DNA from: Bythopirellula sp.
GTDB taxonomy: Bacteria; Planctomycetota; Planctomycetia; Pirellulales; Lacipirellulaceae
Reading direction: 5' to 3'
Length of the DNA: 64,000 bases
Assembly (NCBI GenBank): GCA_965216565.1
Contig: OZ244170.1
Span: forward strand, 2,752,001-2,816,000
Shown here: piece by piece, positions 63,947-64,000 of the stretch
Numbering within the stretch: position 1 is the first letter of the stretch
Layout: every line of letters begins with the position of its first letter
Notes under the pieces: generated by a model
What the model was told of the DNA's origin: nothing
Database searches by the model: none
What the model saw: only the letters and a program-made list of their open reading frames with translations
Program-made: the position numbers and the translations under genes

Positions 63947-64000
63947 CTACTCTTCTTCCTCGGGAATCTCGATTGTCATAGTCTTCTCTTCTTCCGCAAA
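63947..64000 (-). CDS. C-terminal end of the upstream gene, probably cytochrome c oxidase subunit II
   Basis: Open frame FAEEEKTMTIEIPEEEE* entering from the right edge. Identity inferred from operon position only. Confidence 0.45.
   Translation of the reverse strand, partial: FAEEEKTMTIEIPEEEE

Overview
A 64-kb bacterial chromosomal window, almost certainly from a planctomycete and probably Pirellulales/Lacipirellulaceae-like. The taxonomy is inferred from a DUF1559 prepilin-type gene with its lipoprotein partner, five PEP-CTERM-type proteins, 'DGLDFLxWQ' dockerin-like motifs and an enlarged SecA. The left half (~1-30 kb) is accessory. It holds a split methyl-sulfur/onium-compound metabolic region: TauE exporter, Tat-signal SELENBP1/methanethiol-oxidase homolog, homocysteine S-methyltransferase, DmdB/AlkK-like CoA ligase, MetY-like sulfhydrylase, MetA, FadB-like enzyme and thioesterase, then later a BCCT transporter, acetoacetate-CoA ligase, MDR and SDR. 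Between the two parts lie a catalytically degenerate GlpX-fold gene and a candidate surface-protein modification locus: two paralogous Tyr/Gly-rich PEP-CTERM proteins sharing an unusual 'SKxRWLSYAAA' leader, followed by an AlkP-TPR-sulfotransferase fusion. The right half is mostly housekeeping: fur, flgM, ispH, terC, prolyl oligopeptidase, an ABC-2 exporter, waaA, secA, a degenerate HD-GYP protein and an A2-type cytochrome c oxidase operon. It also contains a ParE-type toxin pseudogene, a 1-kb cassette flanked by an exact 50-bp duplication of a gene end, and several palindromic intergenic repeat families. No rRNA, tRNA, CRISPR array, integrase or transposase was seen. All functional calls come from motif recognition by eye, without database searches.
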